This document shows, piece by piece, positions 1 to 12,780 of a stretch of 33,518 nt of DNA. The notes beneath the pieces were generated by a model. It ran no database searches. It was not told the origin of the DNA and was given only the letters and a program-made list of their open reading frames with translations. The position numbers and the translations under genes were made by a program. The DNA is from Octopus bimaculoides (lineage: Eukaryota): NCBI RefSeq assembly GCF_001194135.2, contig NC_068999.1, positions 40,652,352 to 40,685,869 on the forward strand, given 5' to 3'. The stretch's first letter is position 1. Each line of letters begins with the position of its first letter.

Positions 1-833
1 TATATATATGTATATATGTATGTATGTTTGTATGTGTGTGTATCCATACGGATTTATATGCACGCACACCTGCATATGTGTTGTGCGTGTGTTAAGCGGG
101 CGAGAGAGACTTACAAGTGGAAGCGTCACTTTCGTTATTTAACGACATTCAACAAACTGTCACGTTTACCGTTCCTTTATTTGTTAATAATGCGTTCATT
201 TTCCCTCATGTTCTTAGTAATATTGTCTACTCTGAAATGCCAAAAGTCTTCTACGTACATATCCAACCGGTTTATTGACACAAATCCGCTGCGGTTCTTG
301 ACAATCGTTTTATACAAGCTTCAATCACTTGAAGTAAATGAGGGAGTTTCTCTCTTTCTTCGTCATTTCTTCTCTTTCCTTAATTACATACCTTCTTAAG
401 CATGGGAGTCGTTAATGTCAAACCGATCTATAGAGTAATTATTTTGTTTTGTTTAGTTGTTCATTCGTGCTTCAGTAGTGGATATATTATCTCGTTGCTT
501 TTTGATGTATGTTTGGGCTTGTGGGCTTATTAGTGCCTTTAGATTCAATTTCATTTGTTTCTCTTTTCTCATCCTTCATCTCTTCAAATTTTGACATCTG
601 CTCTATTTATTTATTTATCGTTATTACCATCAATGCTTGCTATTGTCCGTATCGTTTCTCTAATGGCCAAGATGACAACTGCAGAAGTTTGCTATGTATT
701 TAGATATTGTCTTGACGGATGTGTACATGATCTGCTTATAGTATAAATCTCATACTTGATTATTGTTATGACAACTGCATTGTCTATCCGTTGTGTAAAA
801 AACTAATTAAGTCACACAATCTAAAAAGCAATA

Positions 834-834
<1 letters not shown>

Positions 835-884
<50 letters not shown>
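835..884. repeat. (TG)n microsatellite grading into (TATG)n
   Basis: Read directly from the sequence. Confidence 0.95.
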
Positions 885-1149
885 AAATTCGCTCAGAGGT
901 TGTGTTAGCCTCATGAGGGGATGGTGTCATCCAAGGAAATACTGGTTCAATACCTAATACCTAATATTGCTCAGGGCATATAAATTTAACAATTAATTCA
1001 GTGAATGTTAATTGAAACAGCTGTAAGGGATAACGATTGTTTTGTTGTTGATAATAATCATTTATTAATTCCACAATCTCCATTTAATTTTTCCTCCCGT
1101 CTCTTTCTTACTCAGTCTATAACTAGCTAGCGAATAATATAATTATGTT

Positions 1150-1706
1150 TGTCTTCTACTATAGCCTCGGGCCTTCCAAAGCCTCCTAAATGGATTTAGC
1201 AGACGGCAAATGAAAGAAGCCCGTCGTATATANNNNNNNNNNNNNNNNNNNNNNNNNNNNNNNNNNNNNNNNNNNNNNNNNNNNNNNNNNNNNNNNNNNN
1301 NNNNNNNNNNNNNNNNNNNNNNNNNNNNNNNNNNNNNNNNNNNNNNNNNNNNNNNNNNNNNNNNNNNNNNNNNNNNNNNNNNNNNNNNNNNNNNNNNNNN
1401 NNNNNNNNNNNNNNNNNNNNNNNNNNNNTATATATATATATATATATATATGTATATGTATGTATGTATGTACACCAGTATATGTTTTTGTGTCTGTGTT
1501 TGTTCCCCCAACATCGATTGACAACCGATGATGGTGTGTTGGTGTTTATCTCCCCGTAACTTAGCCTTCCGGCAAAAGAACCGATAGAATAAGTACTAGG
1601 CTTGCAAAGAATGGGTTCTGTGGTTGATCTGCTCGACAAAAGGCGGTGCTCCAACATGGCCGCGGTCAAATGACTGGAACAAATGAATGAATAAAAGAAA
1701 AAAGAA
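1150..1706 (+). mobile_element. tRNA-derived SINE, main family; 5'-truncated, internal microsatellite broken by a gap
   Basis: Same block order as 32679-33072 and 8645-8970: gtcttctactatagcc, gaaagaagcccgtcg, a (TA)/(TG) tract, gacaaccgatg, taacttagc-ttc-ggcaaaaga-accgatagaataagtactaggctt, ggcggtgctccaacatggccgc, then an A-rich tail. Confidence 0.85.
1233..1428. other. Assembly gap (196 N)
   Basis: N run flanked by (TA)n. Confidence 1.
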
Positions 1707-1754
1707 TATATATATATAATGATTTTAAGTTTTTTCAAAAGACTATCAATATCA

Positions 1755-1926
1755 GGGGAAAGAGAGGTCGAATACATCGACCTCCGTAATCAGCTGCTAC
1801 TTATTTTATCGACTCCGAAAGGATGAAAGGCAATTTCGGTGGAATTTGATCTTAGGTGGTGAAGACTGACGAAATACCGCGAAGCTGACGAAATGCCGGA
1901 ATGCTAACGATTCTGCCAGATCACCA
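1755..1926 (-). mobile_element. Second tRNA-derived SINE family, 5' part
   Basis: The minus strand reads ggtgatctggcagaatcgttagc (A-box-like), aagatcaaattcc (B-box-like), then gcctttcatcctttcggagtcgataaaataagtagcag. This resembles an abundant octopod SINE as I recall it. There is no second copy in the window to confirm it. Confidence 0.65.
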
Positions 1927-2308
1927 ACTTATATACATATATAATAACAATAGTAACTGGCGGTTGGCAATTCATAGGCTTCATTAATGCGTTGTATCTT
2001 GCTTCTCTTTCACACACGTTCATTAGGCGACAATTTCCTATATTCATATGATATTACAAATGAACGTATGGAGTGCAGAAGTATATGTTGTGAAGCATTG
2101 AAAAACCTATGAATTTTCATGCGCAAGTTTTCATTTTTAGTATTATATTCATGCTAAGTTGAAAGGCGTTCCTCGCTGTATAACCATAGGATCAGATTAC
2201 CCTGGGAGATGTAATTAACAAGTGGTAGCCAACAACAAAAAGAGCTCGAACGAATCTAAACGTATACACACACACACACACACGTGTGTGTATGTGTATA
2301 TATATATA

Positions 2309-2824
2309 NNNNNNNNNNNNNNNNNNNNNNNNNNNNNNNNNNNNNNNNNNNNNNNNNNNNNNNNNNNNNNNNNNNNNNNNNNNNNNNNNNNNNNNNNNNN
2401 NNNNNNNNNNNNNNNNNNNNNNNNNNNNNNNNNNNNNNNNNNNNNNNNNNNNNNNNNNNNNNNNNNNNNNNNNNNNNNNNNNNNNNNNNNNNNNNNNNNN
2501 NNNNNNNNNNNNNNNNNNNNNNNNNNNNNNNNNNNNNNNNNNNNNNNNNNNNNNNNNNNNNNNNNNNNNNNNNNNNNNNNNNNNNNNNNNNNNNNNNNNN
2601 NNNNNNNNNNNNNNNNNNNNNNNNNNNNNNNNNNNNNNNNNNNNNNNNNNNNNNNNNNNNNNNNNNNNNNNNNNNNNNNNNNNNNNNNNNNNNNNNNNNN
2701 NNNNNNNNNNNNNNNNNNNNNNNNNNNNNNNNNNNNNNNNNNNNNNNNNNNNNNNNNNNNNNNNNNNNNNNNNNNNNNNNNNNNNNNNNNNNNNNNNNNN
2801 NNNNNNNNNNNNNNNNNNNNNNNN
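2309..2824. other. Assembly gap (516 N)
   Basis: N run flanked by (TA)n. Confidence 1.
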
Positions 2825-4616
2825 ATATATATATATATATATAGATGATAAAAAGATACACAGAACTATTTTCGATATCGCTGTTCCAATCCTTATCAAT
2901 ACCTTTGCTCCAGTCATTCACCTCTAGCCCGATCTTTCTCTTGGTGTCTGATCTTCCACCTGTACCCCAATCTTTCATATATACCGTTGTATATCTCCTC
3001 TATACGTGATTAAAGGAGATTTACGTCCTTTAGAACTCAATATCGTATAAACTCTGCGATATTTCATTTATAATTGATATGTAGTTTTTGACACTAATAT
3101 TGCAATTCTTTCTAGAAATTTGTCTGGCAAATGGGTAACATCTATAGACAATTGATTTGGTGGATCTAGTTTTTTTTTTTTTACTCTAGTAGCTGCTTCA
3201 ATATTGAATATAGCTTTATTACCATTTCACTGTTAATTCTTTATTTACTATGTTACCACTTAGGTTTATCTTCTTTGTTCCAAAAGGATTTTCGATACAA
3301 ATAGTATGTTCCACCCGCATTTTTTTCCTAGAATATTCGTAAACGTTTTATTGTTTATCTTATGCACGTTTATCTCATGTGTAGCTAGATAAATATATGT
3401 GAAAGATCAGATAACAAATAAGCTTTACTTTTGGTAGGTTTCTCATTATCCTAGCGAGGTTTGTCTTTAGGGAGTTTAGCATCGTAAATTTTGTCAATTA
3501 CGAGTCTATTTTGATACCCTGTAGATACATTACACCAGTTTCTAATGTGTGTGGAATATTCATTCATTGATCTCTATCCACGTCTCGTACAGGTAATCTT
3601 TCCTAGGGACGCCTCGATGGGTTGGAAATGATGTATTTAATGCTATCGTAGTTTAAAATTCCCATGTGGCTAAAAAAAGCAGTGGGCATTCTCTGATCCT
3701 CCGACCATCGGTTCAAGAATACATTTTAATGTGGAAATTGATATCGTCATTGCCAAATGATTTTAGTCTCATTCATTCGCTCCACCAAAACAGAAGTGTT
3801 TAGGAAAATTTCTATCAGACTCCACATCGATAAATTCTGAGTTTGCCCTGTTTAAAAAGGATGTCACTGAATTTAAATGCTTTCCTTTCAATGTTTAACG
3901 GCGATAGCATTAATCTTATGCTGTTATCACCCGAAGAAGTTTCGACTGGTTCTTTCCCAACAAATTAGCAACAGTAGAAAGTCTACGAGGTATGAGCTAG
4001 ACAGGACAGAAGATTTCCAGGCTGTGACTGGACAAGTATTCCTTACTACAGACCAGAGCTTAAAATAAAATCTTGTTCATCAAAATTGACATTAGGGAAT
4101 ATCTGTTTTCCGTATCACAAATCAGTTTCATACATTTCTAAAAAGCAAAGTTGGCATTAACAGAGAGAAAGAGAAAGAGATGATAAGGCTTCATACAACT
4201 TAGAGTGCAGTTGAGATCATATTCCCGTCTATACTCATCAGGCCTTCTAAGAGAGTCCTTCTGTCAGGTAGATCTATTGACAAATAACATCAGTGGCGTC
4301 GTTAAACTGACCAGAGAAACTATATTTTGTTATCATAAAATAACCAACACAATAGGGATAAATTGTCTGGCGTAATTTTCTTTATTTTTCTTTTTTTTTT
4401 TTTGCGTTGTCTTTCCTTTCTTTCGATCCACTCATATATAGATTCCTAAGAAGGCTGATATCTGATTCCTGTTAACTTTATCCAATTCTCCGAGTATCAA
4501 CCGAATAAATTTCTTTCTATGTCTATTGCATTTTCGTGTTTGGCTTTTTCGCTTTTTACCTCTTATCTTCCGTTCACTCTCTTTTTCTGTATACTCATGT
4601 GAGTGTGTATGTGTTT

Positions 4617-4641
4617 GTGTGTGCACGTGTGTGTGTGTGTG

Positions 4642-4694
<53 letters not shown>

Positions 4695-4703
4695 CTGTGT
4701 GTA

Positions 4704-4737
<34 letters not shown>
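4617..4737. repeat. Compound microsatellite (TG)n-(CT)n
   Basis: Read directly from the sequence. Confidence 0.95.
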
Positions 4738-4739
<2 letters not shown>

Positions 4740-5943
4740 ATTATTCAGAATTTCTCTCGTTACCTTCAATGCAACCTTTTAGACAGAAAAGCAATGTATG
4801 GAAGAACGCATTTGCGAAATGAAGAAATAAAGACAAGGTATACGCCAAATTATTCCATGGCAGCTGATAAACCGCACAACAAAATCGAGCGAGGAATCAC
4901 TGTGAAAATAATCAAACCTGTTTTCACTTAACAAGGATGAAAGAGGTACTGATATGAGAGAAACGGTGCTTGTCAAGTATTTAGTTTAGGGTTGGTTAGA
5001 GGAGAGAGAACGACTACTATAAAGTGCCGTTGTTTATAGAGGAGAATTAATATAGAACGAGCGATAGGGAGGATAGTTACCCCGTCTGTAGTTGATATTT
5101 CCCCAGGAGTAATGTATTCATATGACTGCACACGTACAAAATTTCTACTTTCTTATTTAACATATTTCCGCGTCGAGTTATGACGTATTTCTCTGAGAAA
5201 TATAAATTTCATCTCTTTGGTACAAATCTCAGGGAAGTAGTCGATCATGACATCAAAGCTGAGAAACAGTCGAATATCAACAATCTGTTGGCTGTGATCA
5301 AAGTGTGATGGAAATAAATTCCAATTTCTTGCTAGCGTATGATTGTTTCTGTACCTTTCAAGATGTAGGGAGGTCATTGAGAGAAAAGAATATCGCACTG
5401 GATATTAACTTGTGAATATTATATTTTGCTCAATGGGAAATCGTTGTTTGTGTTAATAATAATATTTTCATTTCTGGTATGAAATATATGGCGCCTTGTA
5501 GTCTATACGAACGATGAAAATTATGCACATTGATATAAAAACAAGATAATTCAACATAGCGGCAGAAGTTGCTTTGTAGAAGACATTATAGAGAATTAAA
5601 TAATACAGGTTTAGTTCGTCGATTCGCTCCCTCAGCTATGAAATTATGCAACATATAAAAATATGATCAATGGTTGTAAAATTTTGGTGGTCCCGGTATA
5701 TGTGCGTGAGTATATGTGTATGAGGACGTATATGTATATATATCTACGTTTATGTATGTCTTGTATATGTTTGTGTGAGTGTGGATATATATACACAGAC
5801 ACACACATGTATATATGACTCGATATAGTCACCCTATAAAGATATTTCTCATCTTTCTTTATTTCTACGGCTCTCTCTTCTTTCGTTTATCAGACTTCTC
5901 TCTCTTTACATTATTTTTTTATTATTCCCAAGATCTCTTTGGG

Positions 5944-5977
<34 letters not shown>

Positions 5978-6319
5978 NNNNNNNNNNNNNNNNNNNNNNN
6001 NNNNNNNNNNNNNNNNNNNNNNNNNNNNNNNNNNNNNNNNNNNNNNNNNNNNNNNNNNNNNNNNNNNNNNNNNNNNNNNNNNNNNNNNNNNNNNNNNNNN
6101 NNNNNNNNNNNNNNNNNNNNNNNNNNNNNNNNNNNNNNNNNNNNNNNNNNNNNNNNNNNNNNNNNNNNNNNNNNNNNNNNNNNNNNNNNNNNNNNNNNNN
6201 NNNNNNNNNNNNNNNNNNNNNNNNNNNNNNNNNNNNNNNNNNNNNNNNNNNNNNNNNNNNNNNNNNNNNNNNNNNNNNNNNNNNNNNNNNNNNNNNNNNN
6301 NNNNNNNNNNNNNNNNNNN
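5978..6319. other. Assembly gap (342 N)
   Basis: N run flanked by (TA)n. Confidence 1.
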
Positions 6320-6359
<40 letters not shown>

Positions 6360-6399
6360 AATACATACCAAGCATACATGATGCAAATACAGTATATAC

Positions 6400-6430
<31 letters not shown>

Positions 6431-6483
6431 TAGATAGATACATACATACATACATATATACATACACACATACATACATACAC

Positions 6484-6514
<31 letters not shown>

Positions 6515-6669
6515 GATATATAAAGCTTTCGATTCCGATGTATTGTTATGTATTATCACAATGGTTATTATTGTAAGACTCTGCTTGCTACTGTACCTTA
6601 TGTGCATAAATATTGTTCTTGTTATTGTTGTTGTTGCTGTGCTTTTCCCTGTTTTTCATTGATTTTGTA

Positions 6670-6679
6670 ATCATTATTA

Positions 6680-6713
<34 letters not shown>

Positions 6714-6715
6714 CA

Positions 6716-6774
<59 letters not shown>

Positions 6775-6795
6775 GTTGTTGTTGTTGTTGTTGTT
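6670..6795. repeat. (ATT)n-(GTT)n trinucleotide microsatellite
   Basis: Read directly. It explains the poly-Ile/Thr/Val ORFs at 6588-6959 and 6613-6855. Confidence 0.95.
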
Positions 6796-7261
6796 GCTTT
6801 GTTGTTATCATTATCAGTAGCAGTAGCAGCATTGTTACTACTATTATGTCTGTGATTGGAATCATACTTCTTAAAATAGTGATCGATATTACGCGCATAT
6901 CGATATGGAAGAATGGTCTTCTCCATCGTTGGAATGTTGAAAGTTATGTTGCCTTGCATGAGGCGGGTAGGATTTCCTTCGAATCAGACATCACAGGAAT
7001 ATCAGAGAGAAACAAACCTAGTCGTGCTGCTCGAACAGCATCGCTCCGCTTTCTTTTTGTACTTGCTTTCACGTTCCGATTTTAATGTACTTTACGCTCC
7101 AGAACTACGCTTTGCAAAGATTTACTCACGGGTTCAGTCTCACGGTGCAGCTAGCTGCTTAGTCAAGCACTTCTCTTCCGTAAACCCAAAACGATTGACG
7201 CCTTGTGAATGTATGTGTATCGCAGAAACTGTGTACAAGCCGGTTCGAGTAGTCATTTGAA

Positions 7262-7317
7262 TGCAGTGCTGCAGGATGGCCGCGGTGTAATGACTGAAAC
7301 AATAAAACAATAAAAGA
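7262..7317 (+). mobile_element. Isolated 3' tail of the main SINE family
   Basis: tgcagtgctgcaggatggccgcggtgtaatgactgaaacaataaaac aligns by eye to the tails at about 1642-1690 and 33015-33060. Confidence 0.7.
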
Positions 7318-8358
7318 TATCTATTAATATGTGTGTGTGTGAGGGTATAACTTTGTGTGCTTGTGTACTTCTGTAGATGTATGCATACACACACATATAT
7401 ATCTCACGGCATCATGGTTTAAACTAGATTAACAGGTATTGTTATATATGGCTGGTCACAAAGGCCTACGCATTGATTTTGCAATGCAAAAAACTGAATG
7501 GTTGTATTTTGGGAAGATCATACAGCCAATATAATTACACTCACTGGTTAGGTCTCACATTAGTTGTATTACTAATTAATTAGGGAATGAATCAGCTGAT
7601 CATTTCATTGATTAATTGTTCTGTCATAGTTCTTTTCTCACAATCTGTGACTATTTCAATTATTATGTGCCCCTTACATGGCCTAGCAAACGGAGAGAAA
7701 ACAGACAATGATTGTGCTCAGAAGGAAGCGGAGGATGGGGAGCACATTGACATTTATAAGGTCACAGACTGGACAAAGGGACGTTCACAGAATCATCCGT
7801 CGTCAAGCTGATCATCTGATTTATTCTATAGTAGAATGGTAATGACACTGAAATAAAACAACAAGTACGCGTGCTCGCTGGCAGTATAACCTTCTTAAAA
7901 TACAACACTATCATCTTCAATACAAGAATCATTTTAATACCGTTGCAAAACGAATATGAATAACAAAACTCCATCTATATGAAGGCAGTGTCAGACTGAA
8001 TATTTCCAAACAATGAAGTATAACAATTACAAGGGGAGAAATATTCAAATGAAGCAAAGTCTTTCAGTAAATTTGCAGAATTTAAACTTCGGTAAGTGGT
8101 TAAAATGTTAAAACTATAAATGAATGAAGTGTGAAAAATATTTTTTCAAAATTGAAAACCAAACGAAGAGACAGATTACAGCAGAGCTCAATGATTTTTA
8201 TCGATCAATTAATACGGTGTTCCATAAACTGATCACGCAGAAATATAATTGTCTCTCTCGCATCTGTGTGCTCATATATATGTGTGCGCGCGTGTGTGTG
8301 TGTGTGTGCGTGTGTGTGTGTGAGAGAGAGAGTTACGTTATGCGTGAGTGTTTGCCAA

Positions 8359-8406
<48 letters not shown>

Positions 8407-8593
8407 ATATATAATACATAGAGAGGAAAAGAAAGAGAGAGAGCGGTCTGAAATATATACGAATGATTGACATAGAGCCGTTCTCATGCCCATACAAACA
8501 CTCATGTGTACATAAGTACATGCGTACATACATACACACACACACATACATACATACATACATACATACATACATACAACCATGCCTATAAGA

Positions 8594-8625
<32 letters not shown>

Positions 8626-8644
8626 GCTCCTTACCACACAGTCC

Positions 8645-8727
8645 CTTGTGCGTCTTCTACTAGAGCCACTGGCCGACCAAAGCCTTTTTAGAGAATTTGG
8701 TAGACGGAAACTGACAGAAGCCCATCG

Positions 8728-8760
<33 letters not shown>

Positions 8761-8970
8761 TTTTGTCCCCCTCCACTATCGCTTGATAACCGATGCTGTT
8801 GTGTTTACATCCCCTAACTTAGCGGTTCGGCAAAAGAGACCGATAGAACAAATACTAGGCTTACAAAGAATAAACCCTGTGGTCGATTTGTTCATCTAAA
8901 AGCGGTGCTCCAGCATGGCCGCACTCAAATAAATGAAACAAATAAAACAGTAAAAGGGTAAAAAGAGAAT
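8645..8970 (+). mobile_element. Main-family SINE lacking a correctly oriented head
   Basis: Contains gtcttctact, ggtagacggaaactga, (TG)n, taacttagcggttcggcaaaagagaccgatag and gcggtgctccagcatggccgc. It is colinear with 32679-33072. Confidence 0.85.
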
Positions 8971-9017
<47 letters not shown>

Positions 9018-9069
9018 TATATAGATATATATATATATACATATACACACAATTATACATACAAGTATA

Positions 9070-9103
<34 letters not shown>

Positions 9104-9977
9104 GATAGATAGATATATATATATATATACTTATATATATATTTCTATATACAGAAGAGCTTTTCTTTCTCAAATATATATTACATTGAAAACATATCTT
9201 CGCTTGGAAATGATCTGTACTTATTAAAGATTTCTCATATAAAGTTATTACTGCTTTCTGTTGAGTATGGACCAATAACGTGGCTGTGTTTTGTAACTTT
9301 CCAAGACCTTATCGGCTACATCTCCTCACACATTAATAGACCTAGCATCATTATTGTCCCTAACTAAACAGAAACGACTAATAATTATATGTGAAAATGT
9401 CTTTAATAAGAACGATTAAACTCGGACACATTTCTACATTTAATATATCTCTAAACTGTACAAAATATCTATGTGTATACACACACACATACATACTATA
9501 TGTACATATATATATATGCTTACATACATATATATATGCTTACATAAATACATATATGTACTTAGAGAATATAAATTTGTAACGCTTTTGTATCAAATAG
9601 GAAATTGTGCTGGTTAGATATAAGTTTAGCTATTTACCCACCTTATTCAGACACTAGTTATACGATGGAACTTTTAGAGGATACCGTCAAAATTTATTGT
9701 GATATAACATAATATGGATGCGGAATTAAGCTCTGTGATTTGTAATGAGTTCTCCATCAAATAATGTATTTATGTTTCGAATATATTCAGGTATATTCAA
9801 CAACTAAACCTTAACTCAGACACGCACGCACACACACAAACAGCGCACACATATATACTTACATAAATACAGACACACTTGCACACGCAAGTACACACAT
9901 AGACACACAAATATATATATGTATATATATGAATGCATGTATGTATATATATGTATATATGTGTATATATATATATA

Positions 9978-10499
9978 NNNNNNNNNNNNNNNNNNNNNNN
10001 NNNNNNNNNNNNNNNNNNNNNNNNNNNNNNNNNNNNNNNNNNNNNNNNNNNNNNNNNNNNNNNNNNNNNNNNNNNNNNNNNNNNNNNNNNNNNNNNNNNN
10101 NNNNNNNNNNNNNNNNNNNNNNNNNNNNNNNNNNNNNNNNNNNNNNNNNNNNNNNNNNNNNNNNNNNNNNNNNNNNNNNNNNNNNNNNNNNNNNNNNNNN
10201 NNNNNNNNNNNNNNNNNNNNNNNNNNNNNNNNNNNNNNNNNNNNNNNNNNNNNNNNNNNNNNNNNNNNNNNNNNNNNNNNNNNNNNNNNNNNNNNNNNNN
10301 NNNNNNNNNNNNNNNNNNNNNNNNNNNNNNNNNNNNNNNNNNNNNNNNNNNNNNNNNNNNNNNNNNNNNNNNNNNNNNNNNNNNNNNNNNNNNNNNNNNN
10401 NNNNNNNNNNNNNNNNNNNNNNNNNNNNNNNNNNNNNNNNNNNNNNNNNNNNNNNNNNNNNNNNNNNNNNNNNNNNNNNNNNNNNNNNNNNNNNNNNNN
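9978..10499. other. Assembly gap (522 N)
   Basis: N run between (TA)n and (TG)n. Confidence 1.
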
Positions 10500-10557
<58 letters not shown>

Positions 10558-12699
10558 CGTGTTTGTGTGTTTGTTTATGCGTGCGGAAGGGTATGCATTG
10601 TTCGTATATTCTTGCACAGTGTGCGTGTGTCTGTGTGTTAGTAAATCTCAGATATCTCATAACCCCGCGCATCACCTTTATTCTTTACACTGTTAGAATA
10701 ATTTTTGTTTGCTTTTATTTAAAAGGACGACTTTTGTCATTGATTTTATTTTTTTCGCTTCCTTTCACCCCGACATCACATCATTCTCTGAGATGATATT
10801 ACAAAAGATATGCGGCTCTCAGCTTTTATTCCACGTGAGTTCTGTCATTTGGTAACATGTACATGTGATATTTCATGTCATTTTTAAAATTTTCGTTTTT
10901 TGTTGTTTTTTTACCAGGAAACAACTTATATTGTAAGCCTAAAAGACAACCTTCCGTCTCAGCTCGGTGATTCCATGTTGAAATGGAACGTGCCAACATG
11001 TGAGGTGTGCTCTGTAGTTCAAGAGATATGCTCCCGGCAATCCTATACAACATGGCAAGCTTTTTTCTTTCGTTCCTGTTTGTAAGCAATCACAAATCAT
11101 GTTCACAGAGAAATACCATAGGAAGAAAATCGTGATTGCGTTGCATCTCTTGTTTTCCTCTTATAACATTTAAAGGCGTTGTTGTTTGAAGAACAGAAAA
11201 AAATAAATAAATAGCCTAATATCTTCACAATATTTTCTTTGATAACCAAAATGCGTAGCTGTGGTTTCATTCTATCATTGTATTCAGTTTAAATATACAT
11301 AATATACCGCCGGCATTTTGACATATCTAATCCAGCAAAGATACCTAAAAGCGATTCTCAACATCAAATTGCTGAAACAATCCTTTTATATCATGAAAGC
11401 ACCACTTCGCTTGGTAAACATTTTCAAGTTAGAAACTTATTTCTCAACAGCAACAACATTCTGTACAGTCATGGTTGAAGTGACGACACCCGATTCATGC
11501 AAACAGGAAACGTTATTGTTAACAGGGTGTACAAAGTAAGAGTAAAATGAATAACTAGCGACCAAAAACTAAATGCTTGCTTCACTCACCATCCCCAGCC
11601 GGGGAATATCACATGTAATCGTTTAGATAACATAAATGTCTCCTATAAAACCTCTTGTAAATGTTATAAAAATGAAAAAAACAAAATTCTACCGAAAATA
11701 TAAGAAATACTAAAATAAAATTTCGCATATACGCGCATGAAAAAGTAAATGGACCTCAGTCAGAATCGACGATGCATTTTCGCTCGTTCGATTGACTGAT
11801 CTACTCCCATATTGATTTAATGTTTTAAGGGATAAGTGTTGTAGAGACTGGTAAAGCTTTAACTTAATCTTCACAAACAATCAGTGTTTTTCAGTTTGTA
11901 ACATAGCTCTACGTTTACACCAAAAAACAGTACAATCCGTTTGTCGATTTCCCTCTCCACAGTTTTGACTGTTTGGGTTCACAGAAGGTTTGTAGCAAAT
12001 GAAATTTTCTTTTCCCAGGACGCCGTGATACGCGGTGGTCTGAAGCTTGACCATTTTGAATGCGCAACTAGTTGTTGTGAGTATTTTTGTTTTGGGGTTG
12101 TTGTATTTGCTGCTGTTGGATTGTTGTTGCCAGTTTTACTGCCATTGTTGGTGCTACTGCTCTAGCCGTTGTTCTTTTTGTTTTTGTTCTTTTTTTTGGT
12201 GGGGGGGGGATGTTTAATCATAGCTTAATCCCCAGGTCGAAGGGGAAACTTTCCACCTTTGAATATTCTGACATCCATTTGGTCTTAGAATTCCTGTCAC
12301 GGCATTCTTCAGCGATTTCGTCATTTATACATGATACAATGTGATACGAAGTACATTTGACTCTTGTTTCTAGTAGATCATACAACTCCCAGGAGACTCC
12401 TTGTTATGTGACATGGTTGTTGCTGTTGATGTAAACTGACCCCAGCGCAATCCTGATTAATTATACCTATAACAAAGCACCTTAATTGTACTGCCGCATA
12501 TTTATACCAAGGCTACCTAGGATTACATTGTGCAACAAGTTCTAAATTTCTCTACAGTAAGTTGTGAATTGAGGAAGATCTGGTTTGGAATTTCTTGCAA
12601 CTCAAAATCTTGCCCCGAGGTTCCCACATTGATTTGGACATAAGGGTTTTGCTGTTGTTGAATTGATCATGGTGGATGTGAATGAGATGGTGGTGGAGT

Positions 12700-12780
12700 C
12701 TTTGTTGATGGTGGTGGCGGTGATAATTGTGCTGGTAGTGGTTGTTGTTATTGTTTTTGTTGTTGTTGTTGTTGCCGTGT
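12700..12780. repeat. Degenerate (GGT)n/(GTT)n tract
   Basis: Read directly. It yields poly-Val, poly-Thr, poly-Gln or poly-Asn depending on frame. Confidence 0.8.

Noticed and set aside
16-399. 127-aa plus-strand ORF
   Set aside because: It starts in a TATG/TG repeat, has no recognisable domain, and the composition is typical of AT-rich non-coding DNA.
488-598. Minus-strand charged peptide MSKFEEMKDEKRETNEIESKGTNKPTSPNIHQKATR*
   Set aside because: It is only 36 aa with a stop just upstream and no polypyrimidine tract. It is explained by a purine-rich strand.
670-790. 12-mer atgacaactgca present twice about 95 bp apart
   Set aside because: The flanks align only loosely, so there is too little to call a repeat unit.
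7587-7974. Opposed short ORFs, including the possible terminal exon INQMISLTTDDSVNVPLSSL*
   Set aside because: There is no homology or partner exon, and two frames are equally plausible.
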